This document shows, one piece after another, positions 1 through 9,148 of a stretch of DNA of 45,982 bases (positions are counted from its first letter, which is position 1; every line of letters begins with the position of its first letter). The stretch is from a virus (taxonomy: Duplodnaviria > Heunggongvirae > Uroviricota > Caudoviricetes): IMG/VR virus record IMGVR_UViG_2627853872_000003. One strand, 5' to 3'. Position numbers and translations under genes: made by a program. The notes under the pieces were generated by a model. It saw nothing but the letters and a program-made list of their open reading frames with translations. It was not told the DNA's origin and made no database searches.

Positions 1-1336
1 ACAGCAGTTGCTCCGCTGCAACTGAATCGGTGCTGTCGCCGGTGATGCGCGCGTACCAGCCGTAACCGGGACGGGTGATTGAATCGGTCGCCTGATCAGT
101 GGTTCCGTTGTTCGGCAGTAGGTGTACTGCCGCCACCCGGCCCGACTCGGTAACTGGCATCCGCGAATTGGTGAAAATCCGGGTATGAGCTGTGAGTTCA
201 CCGACGGTCTTGGTCCAGCTCCAGCACAGGGCGGGCTCACTGACCAGCGTCGGCACCTGAGCGGGGAAACGTGAATCGTCCACGATTGCGATCCGCGGCA
301 TCGCCTGCACGGAGGCCGGGTCGTCGACGAGCTTCTGCGCGGCTCCCGTGTTGATCATCATCTGCGCGAGAACAGGACTGACTTGCTGTACTCCCCCAGA
401 CCCGACCAGGTAAAAGGCCCGCGCCCCTGAGGCGGTTGTCACTGTCAGCACATCGCCGATCGCTGAACCGTTCACTGTCGGGCTGGGCTGGCCCTGGTTG
501 ATGAGCCTTGGCGCGGTGAGCACCGGCGAGGGAGCGATCGTGGCGAGTAGCGAGGGAGAGACGGTCACTGCGGATTCGATCAGCGATGGTGTCAGGCCCA
601 GAGCGGCCTGGGCGGCGTAGTCGCCGCGACCGACTTCTGCCCGAGTGTCCCGATACAGCAGCCACAAACGCGTCGGGTCACCAGCGGGTTTAACCAACAC
701 CGCGCGGGTGCTTCCCAGATCAGTTCCACCATCGAGCATGTCGTCTCCGGCAATCACAGCTGTGGTGATGTCGCCGGTCTTGAGCAGCGAGAGCGGTACA
801 GCGGTGTCGCGCCAGTCGCACACGGTCCACACCGCTGTTTCATCAGTCCGGGGCGACAACAGATTCGGCGCGCTGGGGATACCCATGAGCGGGCCGGTGG
901 GCAGCGAACGCAGCGCTGCGTCGGTGGCCACTTTGGCTTCCTCCGGCTTGCCGACGATCAGGCGTGCCGAAGCCAGGTTGGTTACTGGGTGCAGCCGGCC
1001 GTTGAACTGAACGAAGATGCCGCCGGAACGAGTTGTCATGATCGCGGCGACGCCCGAATCGGGCTTGGGGTTGATCAGCGAGACGATGAAGGCTGCCACG
1101 AGAACAAGCACGCCGCCCACGAGGCTCACTGACAGCGACCCCCGCAGACGAGTCAGGGGCGAGCCGACACCGCGCACATCCTGACGTGACAGTGCTTCGT
1201 CGATGCGATTGAGTTCACGCTTGTACCCTTTGATCTGGCGACCGGTCGTCACATACCAGGGCACTGCTGTGTCGGTGCGATTGCGTGCACGCTTGGGCCC
1301 CTCGGCCTGTCGGCCATCGGCAGAATTCCCGGCCAC
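1..1336 (-). CDS. eccB: Type VII secretion membrane component EccB (3' end beyond window)
   Basis: Manual translation, absent from ORF track: VTTGRQIKGY, TM helix, FNGRLHPVTNLASARLIVG, GPLMGIPSAP, WTVCD, ALCWSW; GTG at 1336 has AAGGAG 5 nt upstream; frame open to base 1. Confidence 0.9.
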   Translation of the reverse strand, partial: MAGNSADGRQAEGPKRARNRTDTAVPWYVTTGRQIKGYKRELNRIDEALSRQDVRGVGSPLTRLRGSLSVSLVGGVLVLVAAFIVSLINPKPDSGVAAIMTTRSGGIFVQFNGRLHPVTNLASARLIVGKPEEAKVATDAALRSLPTGPLMGIPSAPNLLSPRTDETAVWTVCDWRDTAVPLSLLKTGDITTAVIAGDDMLDGGTDLGSTRAVLVKPAGDPTRLWLLYRDTRAEVGRGDYAAQAALGLTPSLIESAVTVSPSLLATIAPSPVLTAPRLINQGQPSPTVNGSAIGDVLTVTTASGARAFYLVGSGGVQQVSPVLAQMMINTGAAQKLVDDPASVQAMPRIAIVDDSRFPAQVPTLVSEPALCWSWTKTVGELTAHTRIFTNSRMPVTESGRVAAVHLLPNNGTTDQATDSITRPGYGWYARITGDSTDSVAAEQLL

Positions 1337-1489
1337 CGCAACTCCTTCTTCGCCAAGACAGCCGGCCTGGCGGCCGGTCTCGATGCGTGGGGAGGGTGGC
1401 AAAAACCAGCGACTACAGCGGCCCGCGGCGCGAGGAGTGACAAAAGGGCAGCCGCGTCTGGCACCGCCGTTCAGACAAGTCGTGGTGTA

Positions 1490-1506
1490 TTCTCCGTTTT
1501 AGAGAA
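1490..1506. promoter_or_regulatory. Palindromic operator copy 1 (TTCTC-N7-GAGAA)
   Basis: TTCTC cgtttta GAGAA between divergent eccB and XRE gene. Confidence 0.65.
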
Positions 1507-1535
1507 CTTGCGTTGTACACCAGGAGGCATGCCTT

Positions 1536-1838
1536 ATGCGCACCGACTCCGCCACACCCAAGAGGGCAGGCGGCCCACTATTGCTGACGGATTCAGCCAT
1601 CGGCGCAGCAATCCGCAGCCGCCGAGGCGAGGTTCAACAAGGTGAAGTGGCTAGACGCGCAGGGCTCAATCTCAGCGTGTACTCCCGCATCGAGCGTGGT
1701 GAACGGCCCTGCCGCGTATCAGAAATGGTGAGCATCGCCAAGGCGCTCAACACCCCTGAAGACGAGATGCTCAAACTGATCAGGGAGCACGTCGCCGAGC
1801 AAGAGGCAGTGAAAAGCCTCAGGAAAAGCAATGGCTGA
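1536..1838 (+). CDS. XRE-family HTH regulator (paralog A)
   Basis: IRSRR..QGEVARRAGLNLSVYSRIERGER HTH_3 pattern; AGGAGG RBS. Confidence 0.85.
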   Translation: MRTDSATPKRAGGPLLLTDSAIGAAIRSRRGEVQQGEVARRAGLNLSVYSRIERGERPCRVSEMVSIAKALNTPEDEMLKLIREHVAEQEAVKSLRKSNG

Positions 1839-2457
1839 CAGCGCACTACACATCGGGATCGACATCGACGGAGTGCTGGCCGACCATATGGCTGGAGTCG
1901 CCGCCGTTGGCCAGAGCATGGGGCTGACGATGGACGGATCGGCGAGCGGACCCACCAAATACGGCCTGGTGGAGCCCGGTTGGTTCCCTGACGATGAATC
2001 CGCGTCGAAGGCAATGACCCAGTTGCGTGACAGCGGAGGCCTGCGCAGACTAGCGCTGCTTGACGCCGGAGCTGCTGCGGCTATCAGGCGCTTGCGCATT
2101 GCCGGCCATCGCGTATCGATCGTGACCGCCCGGCATTCCGGCGGACGCTACATACAGTCGCGCGACGAGCAGCGCATCGCGCGCGAAACCATCGACTGGC
2201 TGACAGAACACGAAATCTTGCCCGACGACCTGAGATTTGAGCGGCGCAAGAGCGTGGTCGGGTGCCAGATCTACATCGATGACGCACCACACATCATCGA
2301 GGAACTGCGCCAGAACGGTCGCCGCGCCGTTGTCTACGACCAGCCATACAACAGACACCTACCAGGTGAGCGCGTATCCAATCTGACTGAATTCGCCGAA
2401 TTGGTCCTGGCCGCAGCCGATGAACCCAAAACCGTAGGTGCGAAAGCATCGTTCTAG
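1831..2457 (+). CDS. HAD-family 5'(3')-deoxyribonucleotidase (NT5C-like)
   Basis: IGIDIDGVLAD motif I, IVTAR motif II, YIDD motif IV. Confidence 0.85.
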   Translation: MADSALHIGIDIDGVLADHMAGVAAVGQSMGLTMDGSASGPTKYGLVEPGWFPDDESASKAMTQLRDSGGLRRLALLDAGAAAAIRRLRIAGHRVSIVTARHSGGRYIQSRDEQRIARETIDWLTEHEILPDDLRFERRKSVVGCQIYIDDAPHIIEELRQNGRRAVVYDQPYNRHLPGERVSNLTEFAELVLAAADEPKTVGAKASF

Positions 2458-2528
2458 GCCCACGAACGAGTCTGCTGCCCCTAATCGCTGGCGAGCCCAT
2501 CGGCCAGAGATGTCAGAGTGTCCTGATA

Positions 2529-2545
2529 TTCTCTAAAATAGAGAA
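2529..2545. promoter_or_regulatory. Palindromic operator copy 2
   Basis: TTCTC taaaata GAGAA just before the RBS of 2561. Confidence 0.7.
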
Positions 2546-2560
2546 ATCGATGAGGTGGTC

Positions 2561-2917
2561 ATGAAGCAACTAGCTCGCCAAGAGAGCAGCACTGAGAACA
2601 CGACAACTCAGCCCTACTTCATATGTGGGTTCGACGACGGAGCGAGGTCCACTGCGTGCACCAATCCGGCTCCCGACGATGCCAGTTATTGCAGCCAGCA
2701 CGACCCTGAGGTGGTCACTATCGAACGCAGCTACCTGGTCCGAGTGGTGCAGACCTACACGGGCAGGCTCCCCGAAAGCCGGGAGGAACGCAATGACGAT
2801 GTCGACCAGTTCATCTGCGACAACTTTCTTTTGGTCAGCGACGAAATCGAGACCGTCGACGAGGACGAACTTCAGGTGATCCTGCGACACCCCGATGGAT
2901 CAGCCGAAGCGCTCTGA
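2561..2917 (+). CDS. Hypothetical protein with possible Zn-binding Cys/His
   Basis: GAGG RBS, acidic; C..C..C..H pattern. Confidence 0.7.
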   Translation: MKQLARQESSTENTTTQPYFICGFDDGARSTACTNPAPDDASYCSQHDPEVVTIERSYLVRVVQTYTGRLPESREERNDDVDQFICDNFLLVSDEIETVDEDELQVILRHPDGSAEAL

Positions 2918-2962
2918 AATCTCCATTGACGCCACATCCACAACCCGAGAGGAACTCGGCTC

Positions 2963-3220
2963 ATGGCCAACGCAACGCACACGGTTCGGACAATCACTGA
3001 GCACCGGTTCACCGTGCCATGCGAATCGCCTCACGGCGGAAACTGGCAGGACTTCGACGTCGCCCGCGCGATGGCCGAGAACGTCGCACGTGAGCACGGC
3101 ATCAACACCAGCACCGACGGTTGGTCTCGGCTGCGCTGCGAAGATGATCGGTTGGTGATCGTCTTGACCATTGAAGGGCCGGACGAACTACCACCAGCTC
3201 ATAGGCCTGGCAATGTCTGA
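2963..3220 (+). CDS. Phage-like hypothetical protein
   Basis: Protein-like composition, operon context. Confidence 0.7.
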   Translation: MANATHTVRTITEHRFTVPCESPHGGNWQDFDVARAMAENVAREHGINTSTDGWSRLRCEDDRLVIVLTIEGPDELPPAHRPGNV

Positions 3221-3689
3221 GCCCCCAACACTGCCCCCGTTCAGCGGTTATCCGCTGGATATCTTTGCGCCCATTGACATGGAGCGCCCCGGCCTCCAGC
3301 CACCGGACACTCCCCTGGTTCGCATTCTGCGCCACGGCCGCTCCACCTACGAAGGTGGAGCTGTCAACTGGTTACACGAGGCCCGCGACGAGGTGAGCCG
3401 CCACAGTGAGACGGACTTCTTCGAGCGATCGACTCAGCAGTGGGCACATCCACCCGATGCCGATGGTTGGTTCTACAGCTACTGGAGCTATCCGGCACAC
3501 AGTTGCGATCACGGCTGCAACGAGGAGCCCTTCGTCGATGTACGTGCCGTGCGCTGGGTGAACGCCAACCAGATCCCCGAAGGCGAACGCCACGTCGCGG
3601 GTCGACCGCTGAACCCAGATGGAACGCCGCATCAGCGCCGGCCCCAACCGACTCGTCGCCGAGGCTTCGCCCAAATCGCAGCCAACTAG
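3213..3689 (+). CDS. Hypothetical protein
   Basis: ATG 3213 overlaps upstream stop; Trp/His-rich. Confidence 0.65.
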   Translation: MSEPPTLPPFSGYPLDIFAPIDMERPGLQPPDTPLVRILRHGRSTYEGGAVNWLHEARDEVSRHSETDFFERSTQQWAHPPDADGWFYSYWSYPAHSCDHGCNEEPFVDVRAVRWVNANQIPEGERHVAGRPLNPDGTPHQRRPQPTRRRGFAQIAAN

Positions 3690-3736
3690 ACCCCGCACTT
3701 TCTGCGAATCCGCAATTTCTGCGGTATTGTATCGCC

Positions 3737-4129
3737 ATGGATGACAGATACGACCAGATTCGCGAGGAGCTGCGCCAGGCCGAAAGCGCCACCGCTGCCG
3801 GATCTCTGCCGCATCTTCGCGTTGCGGTCGATTTGGCGAGCCAACTGATCGACGAGCACATGGCCGAAGCTGTCATTGAAGGGGAACTCAGCATTCGCGC
3901 TGCCGGCGCCCAGGTCGGGCTGACCGAGAACTCGGTGGGACCGCGGCTAGCGCGAACCCCGCAACTGAATCCCTACGCACGCGGTGACGGGCGGGTCACC
4001 GCGTCGGAGATCAACCGGGCCCGCTACGACCGCGAGGCCGGAATCCCCGCGCCGACACCAGCGGAGCAGCCCGAACCACTGCGATTCAAACCACGCCGCA
4101 ACAACACTCAACCCAAGGAGACGAAATGA
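3737..4129 (+). CDS. Hypothetical helical protein, possible HTH
   Basis: LSIRAAGAQVGLTENSVGPRL resembles an HTH; stop overlaps next ATG. Confidence 0.7.
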   Translation: MDDRYDQIREELRQAESATAAGSLPHLRVAVDLASQLIDEHMAEAVIEGELSIRAAGAQVGLTENSVGPRLARTPQLNPYARGDGRVTASEINRARYDREAGIPAPTPAEQPEPLRFKPRRNNTQPKETK

Positions 4130-4764
4130 CAAACCCTAACCTCACCTGGATTCTGTTCCTGCTCGACCGTTCCGGATCGATGAGGCAGATCAAGAAGGCC
4201 ACCGAAGAGGGTTTCGATGCCTTTATCACCGAGCAGCGCAAGGCGCCCGGCCAGTGCGCGGTGACACTGGCCCAGTTCGATACCGAATACGAGGTTGTCT
4301 ATTCCCAAAGGCCACTCGATGAGGTTCCGCCGCTGACGCTGGTACCGCGCAACAGCACAGCTCTGCTCGACTCGATGGCCAACCTGATTGTGGAATCTGG
4401 GCTTCAGCTCGCAGAGCTGCCCGAAGCAGAGCGTCCGGGCACAGTGATCGTGGCGATCATGACCGACGGGCTGGAGAACGCAAGTCGCGAGTGGACGCAC
4501 CCCATGATCAAGGAGCTGGTTCAGCAGCAGACCGAGCAGTACGGCTGGCAGTTCTTGTACATGGGAGCCAACCAGGACGCGATCGAGGAGGGCGCCAAGC
4601 TTGGCGTGTCTGGTGACTACTCACTCGATTTCGCCGGGGCCAACGTGGGGCAGGCGATGACTGTCACCTCGCAGAATGTCGTGTCATATCGATCGGCGCG
4701 GTCTACCGATCTGACCGCGTCGATGCCGACATACACCGCCGAACAGCGGCGCTCGTCAAAGTAG
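4126..4764 (+). CDS. von Willebrand factor A domain protein
   Basis: LLDRSGSM MIDAS motif, TALLD, IMTDG.EN.S. Confidence 0.9.
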   Translation: MTNPNLTWILFLLDRSGSMRQIKKATEEGFDAFITEQRKAPGQCAVTLAQFDTEYEVVYSQRPLDEVPPLTLVPRNSTALLDSMANLIVESGLQLAELPEAERPGTVIVAIMTDGLENASREWTHPMIKELVQQQTEQYGWQFLYMGANQDAIEEGAKLGVSGDYSLDFAGANVGQAMTVTSQNVVSYRSARSTDLTASMPTYTAEQRRSSK

Positions 4765-4963
4765 GCACACAGCGACCGGCGTCTGGGGTAGACCCCAGGC
4801 CTGGTCGCTTCTGCATGGTCAGACATGGCTCCCGGGCACAGCGTCTGCTGCGAATTGACCTAGCCGCGGCCTCGCTGCTCCAGGTGCGAATCACAGCAAG
4901 AGACATCACGATGTTGTCACGTCCCTGGCGTGGTTCCCTTGGCTAGCGCGCTACCAGGGGATA

Positions 4964-4980
4964 TTCTCCGCATTAGAGAA
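4964..4980. promoter_or_regulatory. Palindromic operator copy 3
   Basis: TTCTC cgcatta GAGAA 22 nt upstream of XRE paralog B. Confidence 0.65.
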
Positions 4981-5002
4981 TTTCTGGCCCCGAAAGGACC
5001 CC

Positions 5003-5278
5003 ATGCCTGTCTCTCCGCAGCGGAAGTTCGAGCTACAGGATTCAGCTGTCGGTGACGCCCTCAACGCGGCGCGCCGGAAGGCTCAGCTCGAGTTGCAGGA
5101 CGCGGGCCCGCTCGCCGGCCTTGATTGGCGAGTCCTTTCACGCATCGAGCGCGGCGAGCGACCCTGCCGTGTGACCGAGCTCGTGGCTCTCGCTGCCGCC
5201 TATTCACGCCCGCCAGAAACGATCCTGCTCGCAGCGACCGGGGACCCCGAAGCATGGAAAGAGCTTCTCAACCCGTAG
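5003..5278 (+). CDS. XRE-family HTH regulator (paralog B)
   Basis: Shares SRIERGERPCRV exactly with 1536..1838; AAGGA RBS. Confidence 0.8.
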   Translation: MPVSPQRKFELQDSAVGDALNAARRKAQLELQDAGPLAGLDWRVLSRIERGERPCRVTELVALAAAYSRPPETILLAATGDPEAWKELLNP

Positions 5279-6213
5279 CAGTCCGATTCCCCGGAGTACG
5301 GCACCAACCCAGTCTCGCCGATTGCATCGTCGATGGTTCCAAGCAAATCGCCTGCAGTCTCGTTCGGTATCTCTATAACCGAGAACAAATCGATTGCGCC
5401 AACATCTTTAGCGTTGGCCAGACGCTACACCGCCTGATCAGCTGAAACCACACTCCGCGGCCAAACGCAGCACCTCACCTCGCCGAATTTAGCTGGGCAA
5501 TGTCGCTGACCAGTGATACCGTCAGCTCGTGACTTTGATACGCCTCGACCAGCGAGTTGCCGGGATGCAGACAGCATCACCGGCGGCTTTGTCGTGGCTG
5601 GAATCGGTCATCAAGACCCAAGAGCTCTCCACGGCCACGAGCCACGATTTCGGCCAGCCCAGATGCTTCCGGTCACCCCGATATGACCTATCCGCCCTCC
5701 CCATGGGCGAGCGCCCCGATCGGAAGCAAGGGCCAGGGAACAAATCTCATAAAAATCTCAATATTTGCGTTTCCGCTGCTAGGGATGTCCGCTGACACTC
5801 CCTTAGTTCAGCACGCTTTGAATTACCTTGCCACACAGCCGATTTAGGTAAATTGCGCTTTACAAGACTCGTATTCCGTAGCACCATCATGCTCAGCACG
5901 AACGAGAAGATCGCTCGATTCGCTGCCGCACGCGGGACGCTAAGGCGTTCTCCTGCCAGGACTTTGAAAACTCCAGAGTGTGTGATGCACCGCCCCTCAC
6001 GAGGGTCGATGAACAAGCCGTCTCGGCGCCCGGGGCTCCCAAGAGAGTCAATGACCGGTCAGCCAGTCGAGCATGCTCATCCTCAATCCTCCTGTCGGGG
6101 CGGTACGCCGGGCGCCGCCATGCGCCCGGCCCTCATGCCAGCTTTCCGTCAGGGAGCAGGCATGAGTTCCGTTTGGTTGATTTGGTGTAAATCCATTGCA
6201 ACCAAACGGATAT

Positions 6214-6287
6214 GCGCCTCTAGCTCATCTGGCCAGAGCACCTGACTCTTAATCAGGGGGTACGGGGTTCGAGACCCCGGGGGCGTA
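6214..6287 (+). tRNA. tRNA-Lys(CTT)
   Basis: Full cloverleaf; loop CT-CTT-AA. Confidence 0.9.
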
Positions 6288-6773
6288 CGTAGCGCGACGT
6301 GCGGTGAAGTAGACCGCACACGTACCAGCGGGTGGTGCCGGGCACTGGGTAGGCGGCCAGAGTGCCGCAACCGACCATCAATCGGCTCCTCCCCTCTCGC
6401 AGGTCTTCCGGTGTCAGAGCCCGGTTGGGGTGTGGGGACGGCACCGATCGGCGTGAGATATACCGCCAACCGTCCACAGCTCGATTGCTCCGATCCCACT
6501 CCTCCTTCGCAAGGCGGGGCGGCGCGGCATCTCACCGCGAAACGACAACCCGTTCACCCAGTAGGGGCACCCAACGGTGAGCGGCACGGTGCAGGGTAAG
6601 ACACCTTCGGGTGGGTCGAATCAGAGAGGGACACCGGCACACCGGTGTGGCGCCGTGGACAGACACGGGGGCGATAATGCAGCCCTTGACGGAGCAGGAG
6701 CCGCCTCGTTCTGGCGGCAGGCTAGAAATCCGAACACCGAGTGGTCCCGTCGGGCGCAACAATCCGGGACGCT
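6288..6773 (+). ncRNA. Candidate large structured ncRNA, family unknown
   Basis: No credible ORF; many perfect hairpins including a cUUCGg tetraloop (6602-6613). Confidence 0.5.
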
Positions 6774-6845
6774 GCGAGCGTGGTCCAATGGCTACGACCT
6801 CAGACTTCCAATCTGATGATGCGGGTTCGATTCCCGTCGCTCGCT
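6774..6845 (+). tRNA. tRNA-Gly(TCC)
   Basis: Cloverleaf; loop CT-TCC-AA. Confidence 0.9.
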
Positions 6846-6998
6846 CTTGGTGCCCACGACGGTGGGTAGGGACAGAGGACGGTCCCTTCGCCACGGGGTT
6901 CGATTCCCTGCGTTGGCTTCGGCCCGCGGTGCGGAACTGGTGATGCCAGCTGGTCGGTGCCAGGTACCGGATCACTGCCGACCTTCTCCAAACATCTT

Positions 6999-7083
6999 GG
7001 CCCTGTGGCGAAACATGGCAGCCGCGCCGGATTCAAACTCCGGTGTCCGACAGGACGTGTGGGTTCGATTCCCTCCAGGGCCA
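6999..7083 (+). tRNA. tRNA-Leu(CAA)
   Basis: Cloverleaf with long variable arm; loop TT-CAA-AC. Confidence 0.9.
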
Positions 7084-7101
7084 CCGCGTCCGAATGAACA
7101 A

Positions 7102-7173
7102 TGCCTTGTGGGGTAATCGGCAGCCCACTGGATTTTGGCTCCGGGAGTTCAGGTTCGAGCCCTGGCGAGGCAG
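7102..7173 (+). tRNA. tRNA-Gln(TTG)
   Basis: Cloverleaf; U1-A72; loop TT-TTG-GC. Confidence 0.9.
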
Positions 7174-7199
7174 CAGGTCGGCGGACCCGAAACGCACAT

Positions 7200-7271
7200 T
7201 GCCCGGTGGTCTAACGGCAGGACTCCTGATTCTGGATCAGGTCGGTGGAGGTTCGAATCCTCCCTGGGCAG
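7200..7271 (+). tRNA. tRNA-Gln(CTG)
   Basis: Cloverleaf; loop TT-CTG-GA. Confidence 0.9.
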
Positions 7272-7384
7272 CATCGCGAATCCCACTGTGCGGAGTTAAT
7301 CGCCCGCGTGGCAGTGGTCTTCGCAGGTGGCGTTCCAGGAGCATGTTCGACGCTATGGCCCCGTTCCAGGATCACCACCACAAC

Positions 7385-7459
7385 GCCCTGATAGCTCAGT
7401 CCGGCCAGAGCATCTGCCTTGTAAGCAGAGGGTCGCCGGTTCGAATCCGGCTTGGGGCT
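7385..7459 (+). tRNA. tRNA-Thr(TGT)
   Basis: Cloverleaf; loop CT-TGT-AA. Confidence 0.9.
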
Positions 7460-7479
7460 CTCCCCCACCTTCGGGTGAT

Positions 7480-7554
7480 GCCGCCATAGCTCAGTGGCAG
7501 AGCGTTTCCTTGGTAAGGAAAAGGTCTCGGGTTCAACCCCCGATGGTGGCTCCA
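7480..7554 (+). tRNA. tRNA-Thr(GGT), CCA encoded
   Basis: Cloverleaf; loop TT-GGT-AA. Confidence 0.9.
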
Positions 7555-7694
7555 CGGTTGTCGGTGACCACCCGCTGCGCGAGCGGAATGCGGAACCGTC
7601 AGTCCCGGCGCCCCCGCCCATGCAGGGGTCTTCGATGGCCGCGCCGTGCCGGGCAAGCGAAGGTGCACCTCGCCGGAAGGCATGGGTTTCCGAT

Positions 7695-7770
7695 GTGGAT
7701 GTAGCGCAGCTGGTAGCGCGTCTCGTTGCCAACGAGAAGGCCGCGGGTTCGAATCCCGTCTTCCACTCCA
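7695..7770 (+). tRNA. tRNA-Gly(GCC), CCA encoded
   Basis: Cloverleaf; loop TT-GCC-AA. Confidence 0.9.
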
Positions 7771-7904
7771 GCACTTCTCCCCTTCGCGGGAGGTGTGGGG
7801 GCTGGTTCCGGCCCCGGCGTCAACGGAGGGTTCGCGTGGACCCTGTACCGCCCGATTGAGGTTGGCGGACGCAGAGCGCAGGTAACCCCTGTGGCAGGAC
7901 ACAT

Positions 7905-7978
7905 GCCCCTCTGGCCCAACTGGCAGAGGCGTCGGCTTCAGGTGCCGAAGGTTCCCGGTTCGAATCCGGGGAGGGGTA
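7905..7978 (+). tRNA. tRNA-Leu(CAG) with short variable loop
   Basis: Cloverleaf; loop TT-CAG-GT; 5-nt variable region. Confidence 0.85.
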
Positions 7979-7984
7979 CAACGA

Positions 7985-8758
7985 GGCATGGCTCGATAAC
8001 CGGAGGTGACTCCGGGAAAGGTGGGTGTGACACCCCGCCGCCACATCTCTACGGGGATGTGGCACACCATGCACGGCTCCCGCAAGGAGTACCTGGGCAA
8101 CCGGGTGCCACAGCGGTCCGAGTTCGACGGCAGAAGGGACGGCGAGTGCTCACCTTCGCGCCGGCGCTACGCAGCGCCGGCACCGTCACGTGAACGAGGA
8201 TCGCCAGCGGGGTGCGAGGGAACACAAGTCCAAGCTCGCCAGGCGAGGGCGGTTCCCATGACCTCGGAATCCGGTGGGCGCATCGGTGCACGGCGAAGAG
8301 CGCAATGGCTTGGCGGCCAAGCGCGAGGGTGTGAAGCATTCTGTGGCTCAAAAGGTTACGGAACTTCGTGGGAAAGCACATCCTCAGTCAACAAGCACTA
8401 GCTCAATTGGCAGAGCAATCGTTTCTGGAACGGTAGGTCGCCGGTTCAAGTCCGGCGTGTTTATCCCAAGCGAAAGACTTTCCCTGCCACGGCTCGAAAG
8501 CGCCGTAATCCTCGGCCCTGCAAAGGGAACCGAGGCAGTTGTGAACTCGCAAGGTGATCAGCTGTCCGTGAGGCGGTAGAGCAATACAGAGGTTAGCTCC
8601 CTCTGTGCGAATCGAAACCTGCGGAGTAGGTCGTGGCATGACGAGTGGCTGCCGCAAGCAGCCCGGCGTGACGGTTACCAGTGGAAGCTGGATGGATAAG
8701 TCGGGAAACCATAATCCGATGAGAGACCGTTGCTTTGGGGCCTAATCTCAGCCCCAAA
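7985..8758 (+). ncRNA. Probable GOLLD lncRNA (~770 nt; ends approximate)
   Basis: ORF-poor, many GNRA hairpins; motifs I associate with GOLLD from memory: GGCTCAAAAGGT (8345-8356), GCGAAAGA (8470-8477), GCTGCCGCAAGCAGC, terminal 8-bp stem with loop CTAATCTCA (8734-8758); tRNA-array context is typical. Confidence 0.7.
8392..8464 (+). tRNA. tRNA-Gln(CTG)-like element nested in the putative GOLLD
   Basis: TAGCTC D-arm, loop TT-CTG-GA, T arm GCCGG-TTCAAGT-CCGGC; weak acceptor stem, no CCA. Confidence 0.65.
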
Positions 8759-8765
8759 TAACCAA

Positions 8766-8840
8766 TAGCTCGTAGCTCAATTGTGGCAGAGCGCGCGACT
8801 GTTAATCGCGTGGTTGGAGGTTCGACTCCTCCCGGGCTAG
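8766..8840 (+). tRNA. tRNA-Asn(GTT)
   Basis: Cloverleaf; loop CT-GTT-AA. Confidence 0.9.
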
Positions 8841-9004
8841 CGCTGCCGAGTAGGGACGCGTACCTACGGTGGTGACCGCTGAAAAGGAGCAGTGACCGTG
8901 CCCGGCTTGGTACGGCGGCGTGGGGGGCGCCGTAGTCCTCGGGGGTATCCCCCGGCACATCGGAAAGCGTCGAGTCCACAGTGTGTTCGACAGACACCTC
9001 TTTA

Positions 9005-9077
9005 GGGGGCTTAGCTCATCTGGTAGAGCGCCTGCCTTGCAAGCAGGAGGTGGCGGGTTCAAGCCCCGTAGCTTCCA
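9005..9077 (+). tRNA. tRNA-Ala(TGC)
   Basis: Cloverleaf; G3:U70. Confidence 0.9.
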
Positions 9078-9148
9078 CTCCCCGTCAGAATCGGGCGCAC
9101 CCGCGCCATCCCGGCCCGCCCCACAACACGGAAAGGAGGCGCGGCGCC

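Noticed and set aside
5280-6130. Coding genes 5529..5795, 5853..6245 and similar
   Set aside because: No RBS, domain or convincing composition; possibly decayed DNA, left uncalled
6299-6773. Group II intron (starts GTGCG; GAGCCG near 6698)
   Set aside because: No domain V geometry (no AY bulge or GNRA loop), no domain VI or AY end, no RT ORF, and no interrupted exon
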